Of a DNA stretch of 51,591 bases, positions 36,362 through 49,312 are shown one piece after another; position 1 is the stretch's first letter, and each line of letters opens with the position of its first letter. Under the pieces are notes generated by a model, which was not told where the DNA came from, did not search any database, and saw only the letters and a program-made list of their open reading frames with translations. Position numbers and translations under genes: made by a program. This stretch comes from Chiloscyllium plagiosum (Eukaryota): the NCBI RefSeq assembly GCF_004010195.1, contig NC_057755.1, forward strand, positions 2,362,592 through 2,414,182, read 5' to 3'.

Positions 36362-39300
36362 CATAGAAGCAGAGATTGTTTATATATGGAGCTTGTGGAG
36401 AGGCCTACATGTGGACGGTTCTGGAGAGATTGTTTATACATGTGGAGCTTGTGGAAAGGCCTACACGTGGATGGCTCTAGAGATATTGTTTATATAAGTG
36501 GAGCTTGCGGAGAAGCCCACATGTGGACGGCTCTGGGAAGATTGTTTATATATGGAGTCTGTGCAGATGCCGACATGTGTACGGTTCTGGAGTGATTGTG
36601 TATATATGGAGCTTGTGGAGAGGACTTCAGGTGGACGGCTCTGGAGAGATTGTTTATATATGGAGCGTGTGCAGATGCCGACATGTGTACGGTTCTGGAG
36701 TGATTGTTTATATATGGAGCTTGTGGAGAGGCCTACACGTGGACGGCTATGAAGAGATTGTTTGTGTATAGAGCTTGTGCAGAGGGCGACACTTGGACGG
36801 TTCTGGAGAGTTTGGTTATATACAGAGCTTGTGCACCAGCCTCCACGTGGGCAGCGCTGGAGGGATTGTTCATAGACAGAGCTTTTGAAGAGGCCGACAT
36901 GTGGACAGCTCGGGAGAGATTTTTCATATACGGAGCATGTGGAGATGCCAACACGTGGAAGGTTCTGGAGAGATTGTTCATGCAGAGAACTTTTGGAGAG
37001 GCCTGCACATGGACGGCTCTGGAGATATTGTTTATTTCCGGAGCTCATAGAGAGTCCTACACGTAGACAGCTCTGCAGAGATTGTTCAAACACGGAGCTT
37101 ATAGAGAGTCCTCCACATGGACGGCTCAGGAGAGATTGCTTATATGCGGAGCTTATAGAGAGTACTAACGTGGACGGCTCTGGAGAGATGGTATTTATGT
37201 GGAGCTTGTGGCGAGGCCTACACATAGACGGCTCTGAAGAGATGGTTCATATACAGAGCTTATGGAGAGGCCTAGTTATGGACAGCTAGGGAGAGATTGT
37301 TTATATGTGGAGTTTGTGGAGAGACCGACATGTGGAAGATTCTGGAGAGATTGTTTGTGTACATAGCTTGTTGAGAGTCCGAGACGTGGATGGCTCTGGA
37401 GATATTGTTTATATATGTGGAGCTTGCGGAGAGGCCTACAAGGGGACAGCTCTGCAGGTATTGTTTATATGTGTGGAGTATGTGGAGAGGCCTACACGTG
37501 GACGGCTCTGGAGAGACTGCTTATATGCGGAGCTTATAGAGAGTCCTAACGTGGACCGCTCTGGAGAGATGGTATTTATGTGGAGCTTGTGGCGATGCCT
37601 ACACGTGGACGGCTCTGGAGAGATAGTTCGTATACAGAGCTTATGGAGAGGCCTAGTCATGGACAGCTAGGGAGAGATTGTTTATATGTGGAGTTTGTGG
37701 AGAGACCGACATGTGGAAGATTCTGGAGAGATTGTTTGTGTACATAGCTTGTTGAGAGTCCTAGACGTGGATGGTTCTGGAGATATTGTTTATATATGTG
37801 GAGATTGCGGAGAGGCCTACAAGGGGACAGCTCTGCAGGTATTGTTTATATGTGTGGAGTATGTGGAGAGGTCTACACGTGGACGGCTCTGGAGAGATTG
37901 TTCATATACAGATCTTATAGAGAGATCTACTCATGGATGGCTCGGGAGAGATTGTTTATATGCAGAGTTTGTGGAGAAGTCTACTCGTGGATGGCTCTGG
38001 AGATATTGTCAATATACGGAGCATGTGGAGAGGCCTACTCGTGGATGGCTCTGGAGAGATTGTTTATATACAATGCTCGAGAAGAGGCCTACACGTGGAC
38101 GGCTCTGGAGAGATTGTTTATGTATGTGGAAGGTGTGGCGAGGCCTACACGAGGTTGGCTCTGGAGAGATTGTTTCTAAATGGAGCTTGTAGACCGGCCT
38201 ACACATGGACTACTCTGGAGATATTGTTTATATACGGAGCTTGTGCAGAGGCCTACATGTGGACGATTCTGGAGAGATTCTTTATATCTGGAGCTTGTGG
38301 CAAGGCCTACACATGGACGGCTCTGGAGAGATTATTTATATACAGAGATTGTGGAGAGGCCGACACGTTGACGGTTCTGGATTGATTGCTTATATCTGGA
38401 ACTTGTGGCCCGGCCTACATGTGGATGGTTGTGGAGACATTGTTCATATACGGAGCTGATGGAAAGGCCGACTCATGGACGGCTCGGGAGAGATTGTTCA
38501 TAGATACAGTTTGTGGAGAGGCCGACACATGGAAGATTCTGGTGAGATTGTTTATATTCAGAGTTTGTCGAGAGGCACACACTTGGACGGCTCTGGAGAT
38601 ATTGTTGATATCTATGGAGCTTGTGGAGAGGCATACACATGGACGGTTCTGGAGAGACTGTTAATATACAGAGCTTGTGGAGAACGCTACACATGGATGG
38701 CTCTGGAGATATTGTTTATATACGGAGTTTGGGCAGAGGGCTACACGTGGATGGCTCTGGTGAGATTGTTTGCACATGTGGAGCTTATGGCGAAGCCTAC
38801 ATTCTCCAGTTCTGGAGAGATTGTTTATATACGGAGCTTGTGGAGAGGCCTACACGTGGACGGTTCTGGAGTGATTGTTTATATATGGAGCTTGTGCTGA
38901 GGCCGACATGTGGATGGTTCTGGAGAGATTTATTTTATAGGAGAGGCCTACACATGGAGGGCTCTGGAGAGATTGTTCATATACAGAGCTATGGATAGGC
39001 CAATTCATGGATGGCTCGGGAGAAATGTTTTATATATGGAGTTTGTCGAGACGCCTACACGTGGATGGTTGTGGAGTGATTCTTTATATGCGCAGCTTAT
39101 GGAGAGGACTACACGTGGACGGTTTTGGAGAGATTGTTTGTATACGGAGCTTGTAAGAGGCCTACACGTGTTTGCTCTGGAGATATTGTTTATAATTGTG
39201 GAGCTTGTGGAGAGACCTACACGTGGACGGCTCTGGAGATATTGTTTATACACGGAGCTTGTGGAGAGGCCTACACTCAGACAGCTCTGGAGGGAATGTT

Positions 39301-40392
39301 TAAATATGGAGTTTGTGGAGATGCCTACAGGCGGACGGCTCTGGTGAGATAGTTTATACACGAAACTTGTGGGAAGGCCGACCCGTGGACGGTTCTGGAG
39401 GGAATGTTTAAATATGGAGTTTGTGGAGATGCCTTCAGGTGGACGGTTCTGGAGAGATTGTTTATATACAGAGCTTGTGGAGAGGCCTACACTCAGTCAG
39501 CTCTGGAGGGAATGTTTAAATATGGAGTTTATGGAGATGCCTTCAGGTGGTCGGTCCTGGAGAGATTGTTTATATACAGACCTTGTGGAGAGGCCTACAC
39601 GTGGACGGTTCTGGAGAGATTGTTTGTATGTGGAACTTGTAGAGAGGCCTATACGTGTTTGCTGTGAGATATTGTTTAGAATTGTGGAGCTTGTGGGGAG
39701 ACCTACACGTGGACGGCTCTGGAGAGATTGTTTATATACGGAGCTTGTGGAGAGGCCGACACTCGGACAGCTCTGGAGGGAATGTTTAAATATGGAGTTT
39801 GTGGAGAGGCCTACACGGCTCTTGTGAGATTGTTGATATACGAAGCTTGTAGATAGGCGTATATGTGCACATCTTTGAAGATATTGTTTATATATGTGGA
39901 GCTTGTGGAGAGGTCTACACGTGGACGGCTCTGGAGGTATTATTTACATACGGAGCTTGTGGAGTGGCATACACATGAATAGCTCTTGAGAGATTGTATG
40001 TATACGGAGCTTGTGGAGCGGCGTACATGTGGACGTCTCTAGAGATATTGCTTATATATGTGGAGCTTGTGGCGAGGTCTACACGTGGACTGCTCTGGAG
40101 ATATTGTTTCTATCCGGAGCATGTGGATAGGCCTACACATGGACGGCTCCAGAGATATTGTTTATACACGGAGCTTGTGGAAAGGCCTACACTCAGACAG
40201 CTCTGGAGGGAATCTGCACATGGACGGCTCTGGAGAGATTGTTTATATTCAGAACTTGTGGAGAGGCCTTCACGTGGATGGCTCTTCAGAGATTGTTTAT
40301 ATATGGAATTTGTGGCGAGGTCTACACATGGACGGCTCTGGAGAGATTGTTCATATATGCAGTGCTTGTGGAGAGGCCTACACATGGACAGC
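36362..40392. repeat. ~4-kb satellite array with a 54-bp monomer (GGAGCTTGTGGAGAGGCCTACACGTGGACGGCTCTGGAGAGATTGTTTATATAC), about 74 diverged copies
   Basis: 54/56-nt periodicity; 381-bp higher-order duplication (about 37131-37511 / 37512-37892). Confidence 0.97.
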
Positions 40393-41720
40393 ACTGAGTG
40401 ACTTTTTTTAAAATGCAGAATCCAAAACTAAATGATGGATTATTTGAGGATTCGTTTTATTTTTCACTTTTTCAGTCACGTTTTTGATTTATTTTTAATA
40501 TTAATATTACATTTCTTTACTATTTTTGCACGCTACATATGAAATCTGTGGATAAGGAAAGTTAATTTATTTTTAGATATAAGGTGCTATTGAGAGCTTC
40601 TTCATTTCAGACGTAATGTCATTGAAGCCATACAGAAGACACTGAGCGGGATGACGGGGAGGTTTAGAGAAGGGATGACACAGCAGGAACTGTCAGACAG
40701 ATGATTGTCTGTCAGGAAAGGGAAGAGGGTCGTACAGAAGTCTCCTGCGGCTATTCCCCTCTCTGTGTTCTAGTTCAGGTGCTGTTGAAAGAGAGATCCT
40801 CCCAGAGGTAAATAGAAATAGTAGCCAGATCTTGGGCACGAAGGAAGAGTCTAATGTTCAATGGGTTTGTCAAGATTTAAAAGAATAATTTTTATCCTGG
40901 GCTCTGCTGACAGGAGCAAAGACAGGAGATTCTGCAGCAGAGTGTGAATCGAGGAGAGTATGTTGCTTTTCTGGTGCCAGGGTAAAGGACTTCTCAGAAC
41001 CTGTGAAGCAGATTTTCAAAGGGGAGAGAGAGAGAAACTGGAAGTTATTGTATACATTGGGAGGACTGGCATATTCAGGGAATGGGTTAAAGCTTTGAAG
41101 AGTGAGTCTAAGAGGTTAGGTAGAAGATTAAAATACAGTCAGCACAGGAAATAATCTCGGGTTTGCTTCTGGTGCCAAGTTTTGATGAGAGAAGGAATAA
41201 AAGGAGAGGGCAGATAAATAAATGGTGAAGTGCTGTTGCAATGTGCAGAGATTCCGTTTCTTGGATCATCTGAGATATTGTCTGGGAGAGAAAATACCTA
41301 TTCAAGAAAGGTGGGTTTCACTTGAGCTGGAAACGAACCGAAATCCTGGTTGGGAAATCTAATCGTTCTAATTCGAGAACCTGTAAATTGTTAGAGTCGG
41401 AGTGGGGGCTTCCTAAATAACAGTGAAAATATTTCAGTAAGAGGTCTTACAGATCAGGCCGATGAACTCAGGGCACGTATGGGAACATGGCCTGGGGCTG
41501 CTGTAGTTATTACAGAAAGCTGGCTGAGGACGAGACAGGCTGCTCAATGTTCCAGGTTTTAGATGTTATGGGGAGGATAGGAAGACAGGCAAGAGAGTAG
41601 GGGGAGGAGCATTTTTGATTCAGGAAATCATTACTACTGTACTTAGCGTACCTATGACTGAAGGGCCATTTGGTGAAAATCTATGTTTTGAAATTAGAAA
41701 TAAGAAAGGGATGGTCATCC

Positions 41721-44186
41721 TCATGAGATTGAACTGTAGTTCATCCCCTACCCCCTAACACTCCTAAGGAAATTGAGAAGCAAATATTTAGAGCTCTCAA
41801 ACATATATAAGTCTAATAAGTTTGTAAAAGTAGGGGATTTTAATTTTCCAAACACTGATTGGGTCTGCATAGTGTTAAAGGTTTGAATCATGAAGAATTT
41901 CCAAAATGTGTTCAAGAAAGTTTTCTTTATCAATACATTAATCTTCCAGCTGGAGAAGGAGAAAAACCTGAACTTCATAGAATCCCTAAGGTGTGGAAAC
42001 AGGTCATTCAGCCTCACAAGTCCTCACTAAACCTTGGAAGAGGATCCTACCTGAACCAATACCCCTATCCTTTATTTCCCATGGGAGCATCTGGAGGAAA
42101 CCTACACAGACGCAGGGGGCACGTGCAAATCCCATGGAAGCTCCGTCTGTGCAGGGGAGGATCGAACATGGGTCTCTCCTGCTTTGAAGCAACAGTGTGA
42201 ACCACTAAGTCACTGAGCTACTGCAGCAACTTTTAGGAAATAAAGCAAAGCAAGTTACTGAAATGTTGGTAGGGGAACACTTTGGCATGAGTGATCATAA
42301 TACTATCAGTTTTAAAACAGTTATGGAAATAGATAAGTCTCCCACAAATTTAATGCTCTTAATTGGAGTAAGACACATTTTAAGGATATAAAATTGAGCT
42401 TTGAAATGTTGAAGGGAGTAAACAATTCGCAAATGGGAGGCCTTCAATTGTGTGATAATGAGAGTTCAGTAGCATGATGTCCCTGTTAGAGCGAAAGGCA
42501 AGGCTGGTAAGATTCGGAAACAATGGATGAACACAGTAATTAATGTTGTTATCAAGAATAAAATAAGGAATCATATTTTAGATACAGATAATTGGGATCA
42601 ACTGAATTGCTTGATGAGTTTAAAGCGTGTCACGGTTCTCTTAAGAAGGAAATCATGCCTCCTGACTTTCTGCATAAGCCTACCATGGGGAACCTTATCA
42701 AATGCCTTACTAAAATCCATGTACACTACATCCACTGCTCTTCCCTCATCCACATGCTTGGTCACCTCCTCCAAGAATTCAAAAGGACTTGTAAGGCAAG
42801 ACCTACCCTTCACAAATCCGTGCTGGCTGTCCCTAATCAAGCAGTGTCTTTCCAGAGACTCATAAATCCTATCCCTCAGTACCCTTTCCATTACTTTTCC
42901 TACCACAGAAGTAAGACTAACAGGCCTGTAATTCCCGGGGTTATCCCTATTCCCTTTTTTGAACAGGGGCACAACAAAAGCTACTCTCCAGTCCCCTGGT
43001 ACCACCCCCGTTGCCAGTGAAGACGAGAAGATCATTGCCAACGGTACTGCAATTTCCTCTCTTGCTTCCCAAATAATCCTAGGATATATTCCGTCAGGCC
43101 CGGGGGACTTGTCTATCATGAGATTGGACTGTAGTTCATCCCCTACCCCCTAACACTCCTAAGGAAATTGAGAAGCAAATATTTAGAGCTCTCAAACATA
43201 TATAAGACTAATAAGTTTGTAAAAGTAGGGGATTTTAATTTTCCAAACACTGATTGTGTCTGCATAGTGTTAAAGGTTTGAATCATGAAGAATTTCCAAA
43301 ATGTGTTCAAGAAAGTTTTCTTTTTCAATACATTAATCTTCCAGCTGGAGAAGAAGAAAAACCTGAACTTCATAGAATCCCTAAGGTGTGGAAACAGGTC
43401 ATTCAGCCTCACAATTCCTCACTAAACCTTGGAAGAGGATCCTACCTGAACCAATACCCCTATCCTTTATTTCCCATGGGCTAGCACACCTAATCTGCAC
43501 ATCCCTGGTTATTATGGTGTCATGGCCATCCAACCTTGCTTGCACATCCCTGGATACTATGGTGTAATGGCCACCCAACCTAACTTGCATATCTTGTGAC
43601 TGTGGAAGAGAACCAGAGCATCTGGAGGAAACCTACACAGACGCAGGGGGCACGTGCAAATCCCATGGAAGCTCCGTCTGTGCAGGGGAGGATCGAACAT
43701 GGGTCTCTCCTGCTTTGAAGCAACAGTGTGAACCACTGAGTCACTGAGCTACTGCAGCAACTTTTAGGAAATAAAGCAAAGCAAATTACTGAAATGTTGG
43801 TAGGGGAACACTTTGGCATGAGTGATCATAATACTATTAGTTTTAAAACAGTTATGGAAATAGATAAGTCTCCCACAAATTTAATGCTCTTAATTGGAGT
43901 AAGACACATTTTAAGGATATAAAATTGAGCTTTGAAATGTTGAAGGAAATAAACAATTTGCAAATGGGAGGCTTTCAATTGTGTGATAATGAGAGTTCAG
44001 TAGCATGATGTCCCTGTTAGAGCGAAAGGCAAGGCTGGTAAGATTCGGAAACAATGGATGAACACAGTAATTAATGTTGTTATCAAGAATAAAATAAGGA
44101 ATCATATTTTAGATACAGATAATTGGGATCAACTGAATTGCTTGATGAGTTTAAAGCGTGTCACGGTTCTCTTAAGAAGGAAATCA
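41721..44186 (+). repeat. Tandem duplication (41721-42655 / 43116-44186) separated by a CR1 insert
   Basis: Offset is 1395, then 1531 after a 136-bp indel inside the SINE; near-identical sequence. Confidence 0.93.
42656..43115 (-). mobile_element. Young internal CR1 RT fragment (open frame, no 3' tail)
   Basis: DKSPGPDGIYPRIIWEAREEIA..DWRVAFVVPLFKKG..GNYRPVSLTSVVGK..SQHGFVKGRSCLT..VDVVYMDFSKAFDKVPH. Confidence 0.95.
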
Positions 44187-45509
44187 GGAAGGTAGACATG
44201 ATGTAATATCATTCCCAGATAAGTTTAAAGATAATTTTAAAAACATAATTCTGCAAATCCATTAAGAGCAAGAGAACAAATTGAGTCAGAGTAGGCCCCT
44301 CTTATAATCAGTGAGTTTTATTTTCATTAAAGTTGAGGATATGGGACGATTATTAAATGAATATTTTGTGCCAGTTGTAACATTTGAGAAAGAAGTGAGT
44401 ATTAGATATCTCAGGGAAATGAAGATTGTTGTTTTGATAACAGTTTACATGACGGAAGAAGACGTGCAAGAGGTCTTAGAAAACATAAAGGATCAAGTGT
44501 TTCCTAGAATATTGCAGGAATTTATGGAGGAAATTGCAAGGCCCATAATAGAAATTTTGTATCATCTACAAACACAGGTGAAGAACCAAAGGACTGGAGG
44601 GTGAAGAAGGTTATGACAGATTACAATGGGACCTTGATCAGATGGACCAGTGGGTTTAGGAATTGCAGATGGAGTTTAACTTAGATGATTGTGAAGTGCT
44701 TCAATTCTGGTCTCTCTATTATGGGAAAGATGCTATTAAACATGTAAGGGTCAGAAAAAAAAATTACAAGGATGATGCTGGATTGGAGGGCTTGAGCAAC
44801 AGGGAGAGGTTGAATGGGGTTGGGCTGTTCTTCTGCAGTGTCAGAGACTGGATGGGGGAGTGGGGGTGGTTGACCTTATAGAACTTTATAACATTGTAAG
44901 GGATACAGATAGGGTAAATAGACAAGATTTTTTTTCAGTGGAGAGGAGTCCAAAACCAGACAGATATAAGGTGAGAGAGGAAAGGTTTAAAAGGGACCTG
45001 AGGGGTAACTTTCTCACTAAGAGTGCCGTGCGTGCATGGAATGGGCGACCAGAGGAAGTGGTGGATGCTGGTACAATTACAGCATTTAATAGGCATCTGG
45101 ATGGGTGTTTGAATCAAAAGTGTTTCGAGGGATATAGGGTTTCGAATGCTGGCAAATGGTATCAGATCAAATCAGGATATTTCGTTGGCATGGATGAGTT
45201 GGACCAAAGTGCGTGTTTCCACGGTCTCGAGAAACGTGCTTAAAAAGATGTATATCATATCAACCTACATTGACCCACAGAAGGTGCTATTAGGTCATTT
45301 GGCAATAACTTGGTGCAGGAGGTAAATTTTAAAGAGCATGTTAATTCGGAGAAGGAGTTGGGCAATCGGAAGAACTGAGAGAGGGAGTCCAGAAGCGAAC
45401 ACAGCTCAGTCATGCAAACATTGTTCCCATTGTCAGAGTTAGTGTTGTTTCTGGCATTCTCCCCTACCATTTCATTACGACCTTGCATGATTTGGATGTG
45501 AACATAGGA

Positions 45510-45602
45510 TTTGAGAGTGTGATGCTGTAAAACACATCATGTCAGGCAGCATCCGAGGAGCTGGAGAATCGACGTTTCGTGCAAAAACCTTTCATCATGA
45601 AT
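45510..45602 (-). mobile_element. Penelope-like terminus with a mutated hammerhead motif
   Basis: Minus strand 45598-45571 reads ATGATGA-A-AGGT TTTT GCAC-GAAACGTC. Confidence 0.65.
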
Positions 45603-45619
45603 AAGCCTGAACTTTGGAG

Positions 45620-46545
45620 CTACAGTTAGTAAGTTTGCAGATGACGCCAAAATTAGAAGTGTAGTGGACAGCAAAGAATGTTACCTCAGAATACAATGGA
45701 ATCTTAATCAGGTGGGCCAAAAGACAGATGAGTGGAGTTTAAATTTGATAGATGCATGGTGCTGCATTTTACAAAAGCAAATTAAAGCCGTACTTATACA
45801 CTTAATAGTGAGGTCCGAGGGAGTGTTGCAAAACAAAGAGACCTTGGAGTGCAGCTTCATGGTTCCTAGAAAGTAGAGTTGCAGTTAAATAGGACAGTGA
45901 AGAAGACATTTGGTATGCTTTCCTTTATTGGTCAGAATACAGGAGTTGGAAGGTCATGTTGCGTCTGTACAGGGCATTGGTAAGGGCATTTTGGGGATAT
46001 TGCGTGCAATTCTAATCTCCTTCCTATCAGAAGGGTATTGTGAAACTTGAAAGGGTGCAGAAAAGACTTGCAAGGATGTTGCCATGTTGGAAATATTTGA
46101 GTAATAAGGAGAGGCTGAATAGGCTGGGGCTGTTTTCCCTGGAATGTCAGAGGCTGAGGGGTGATAGATAGAGGTTTATAAAATCATGAGGGGCATAGAT
46201 AGGGTGAATAGACAAGGTATTTTCTCTGGCGTGGAGGAAGACCAGAACTAGAGGGCATAGGTTTAGGGTAAAGGGGAAAAATTTAAAAGGGACCAACAGG
46301 GCAACATTTTCACACAGAGGGTGATGTGTGTATTGAATGAGCTGCCAGAGGAAGTGGTGTAAGGTGATACAGTTCCAACATTCGAAAGACACCTGGATGG
46401 GTATATGAACAGGAAGAATTTAGAGGGATATGGGACCAATGCTGGCAAATGGGACGATATTAGGTTAGGATGTCTGGTCCTCATGTGCTGGTTGGTCCAA
46501 AGGGCTTGCTTCCGTGGTATACATCTCTATGACTGTATGACTCGA
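45620..46545 (+). mobile_element. CR1 LINE 3' fragment
   Basis: AAGTTTGCAGATGACGCCAAAATT (KFADDAKI) through the 3' UTR with a (CTATGA)-like tail; related to 14420-15647. Confidence 0.88.
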
Positions 46546-46764
46546 TGCCTAAATTCTATGACTGTGACACCAGGTGGTAATATTGCACTCCAGCAGAATA
46601 TTCAACACTTTCATAGAAATTTTACAAATCATGATGTACACCAGTCCAAGAAAGCACATAAATCAATGGATGACTATGGAACATTTTGAATAGATGAATG
46701 CGAAAGTAAAATTGAGAATATGGAGGACAACATTCCTGTATAGATCACTGTAGTCAGTATATGA

Positions 46765-47422
46765 TCATAGAGTCATAGAGATGTACAGCATGGCAACAGA
46801 CTGTTCGGTCCAACCCGTCCATGCTGACCAGATATCCCAAACCAATCTAGTCCCAACTGCCAGCACCTGTCCCTAATCCCTCCAAACCCTTCCCATTCAT
46901 ATNNNNNNNNNNNNNNNNNNNNNNNNNNNNNNNNNNNNNNNNNNNNNNNNNNNNNNNNNNNNNNNNNNNNNNNNNNNNNNNNNNNNNNNNNNNNNNNNNN
47001 NNNNNNNNNNNNNNNNNNNNNNNNNNNNNNNNNNNNNNNNNNNNNNNNNNNNNNNNNNNNNNNNNNNNNNNNNNNNNNNNNNNNNNNNNNNNNNNNNNNN
47101 NNNNNNNNNNNNNNNNNNNNNNNNNNNNNNNNTTGGTCTCTTTTATATCTTTCCCCTCTCACCTTAAACCTATGCCCTCTAGTTCTGGACTACTCCACAC
47201 CAAGGGAAAGACTCCGTCTATTTATCCTATCCATGCCCCTCATGGTTTTGTAAACCTCTGTAAGGTCACCCCTCAGCCTTCGGTGCTTCAGGGATTACAG
47301 CCCCAGCCTGTTCATCCACTCCCTATAACTCAAATCCTCTCACCGAGGCAACATCGTTGTAAATCTTTTCTGAACCCTTTCAAGTTTCGCAACATGTTTC
47401 CGATAGGAAGGAGACCTGAATT
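46765..47422 (-). mobile_element. CR1 LINE 3' end spanning an assembly gap (46903-47132)
   Basis: TCATAGAGTCATAGAG tail complement and 3' UTR homologous to 15540-15645. Confidence 0.85.
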
Positions 47423-47703
47423 GGCAGCGGAATTGGTTTAGGACCTGTTTGACAGATAGAAACAATGAAATTAATGACATTTTTCCCGATGATGAGCTGT
47501 GAGGCAGAGGGGTGGGTTTAGGAGCTGGTATACAGATGGAAACAATGGACTGAATGACTGTTTCCCTGATGATGAGCTGTGAGGCAGGGGAATGGGTTTA
47601 GGAGCTGTGTTACAGATGGAAACAATGGAATGAATGAGTGTTTCCCCGATGATGAGCTGTGAGGCAAGCAAAGTGTTTAGGAGCTGGTTTACGATGGAAA
47701 CAG
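47423..47703. repeat. 80-bp tandem repeat, about 3.5 copies
   Basis: GATGATGAGCTGTGAGGCA at 47488, 47568 and 47648. Confidence 0.92.
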
Positions 47704-48424
47704 ACATCTTGGTAGTGATGTGGATTGAACTGATCTCAAGCTTCCTTCTGAAGCCACAAGCAAACAGGCTTCATCCAGAGTCAGGTCCCACTGAACTCGG
47801 TGCAGTCAGTGAGAGCCACACAACCTTTCCAGAGAAGCACGGAGTATATCGGCCCAACTATCCCGAGCACTCTGATTGGGCCTTGGAGTCCACATCAACA
47901 CAGCAGCTGATCGGTGGGAAAAAAAATAAAGAAAGGGAGTGATATCAGCATCAAGCCGAGGAAAACTGAATGGAACTCCAGATGGAGTTCAAACTTCTCT
48001 CTTTTTTTTACTTTTATCCAGACCTGTGGACCAGAGATTTCCATGAGGAAGAGTGGAAAGGAGCCTGTCATTGCTGTTCACCCTGCGGTGTATACTGATC
48101 CTTTCCTCGAGGTCTTTTTATTGCATCGGGGTCACTTGCTATGAACTGATTGCAAGGGATAACTTTTTTGGGGCCACACATAATTCCTCTTTTGGTTATG
48201 CTTTTGTTGTTCAGCTTTCTACTGACTGTTGCTTCTTGGTAACGGTTGTACCTTTACTCTGGCTTTCCTCCTGGAGTCTCTTTCATGTTGTTCCTCAGAT
48301 GGAGTCAGTCCTTGCCCATTTGAAAAGGACTGTCATCATGTTGCTGCTCCTCCTTCTCCTTTCGGACCATTCCTCACGTAGATTCCTCATTCCAGTATCT
48401 GCTGCAGCTAATGTTGGCTCTCAG

Positions 48425-49312
48425 TTACTTGGATGTATTCACCAATTGAATTATTTTTATAACTGGATATTTCACTGCATACATTAACTGGTCTCTGAAA
48501 CTTTTCTGTGTCACGACATAAATGCCTGCATTGGAGCAGCAACTGAGGTTCTGCATCATATATGCAACTTGTTCAAAGAGATATAAATCATCCACGTAAT
48601 AAGCAAAACTATATATATATATATATATAAAATATACACCATCCAGAGCAGTGTGAAGCTGGCAGATATAGCTAACAGTAAAGTCACAGATTTCTTTCTG
48701 CTCTCTATCTCTGGATCATTCTCTGTTTTTGTCTGACCCATCAGTCCCAAACGTGCCTTAATGGCCTCGAAGATGTGTCTGACCGTCAGAACATTGAGAA
48801 AGAGAATCAAAATGAATGGAAGAAGTGGTGTAAGAAATGATTCGATATATCTCTAACTCACCCACAAATGATCATTAAAGTGACTGTAACTGGTGTAACA
48901 ATACCATGGAACATTGTCGATGATCCTTCCAGGTTCAAATAGAAAATAGTTGGGAATGTTCTTTAGAGAAAAGAAAATACAGATTGTTGCAAGAATTCTC
49001 TCTGTAGTTTTCTCTGTGCAATACTGAGATTTTATCTGCTGAAATCAAATGGCGACAAATCGATCAAAAGAAAATGCAAAAGTGAACCAAACAAAACAAT
49101 CAACTGTGAAGTTAGTCAGGACCCAGTTTACACTACAAACAGGAGTGATGTCCGGGAACACCGTGAATAATAATAGTATTTAAACCGAATAAGTATGACC
49201 TCAAAAATAATAAACAGTAGATCAGACACGGCCATCGCGACCAGATAGCGAGTGGTGCATGTTGAAAGACTACTCTTGTTCCCAGCTAAGAATGCAATCG
49301 TTGGTAGATTAA
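48425..49312 (-). pseudogene. GPR139/GPR142-like GPCR gene 3, exon 2, pseudogene
   Basis: Acceptor (TTCT)nTGCCTTTCAG ends at 49313; reads VNLPTIAFLAGNKSSLSTCTTRYLVAMAVSDLL. Frameshift near 49155, TGA at 49047-49045 (DRFVAI*), TAG at 48855-48853, and a frameshift at the (TA)n near 48610-48630. Original stop at 48427-48425. Confidence 0.9.

Larger units (their letters stand above)
40660..45235 (+). mobile_element. Old, heavily deleted CR1 LINE (ORF1 esterase ~40660-41400, endonuclease from ~41440, RT and 3' end ~44300-45235) with SINE insertions
   Basis: LEVIVYIGRTGI, VGDFNFPNTDW, QVFPRILQEFMEEIARP, YKVREERFKRDLRGNFLT..VRAWNGRPEEVVDAGT. Confidence 0.75.

Noticed and set aside
36359..40411. Many 60-250 aa ORFs with ELVERPTRGRLWRDCLY repeats
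   Set aside because: They are translations of a 54-bp satellite in all frames, with frequent 2-nt indels and no frame conservation.
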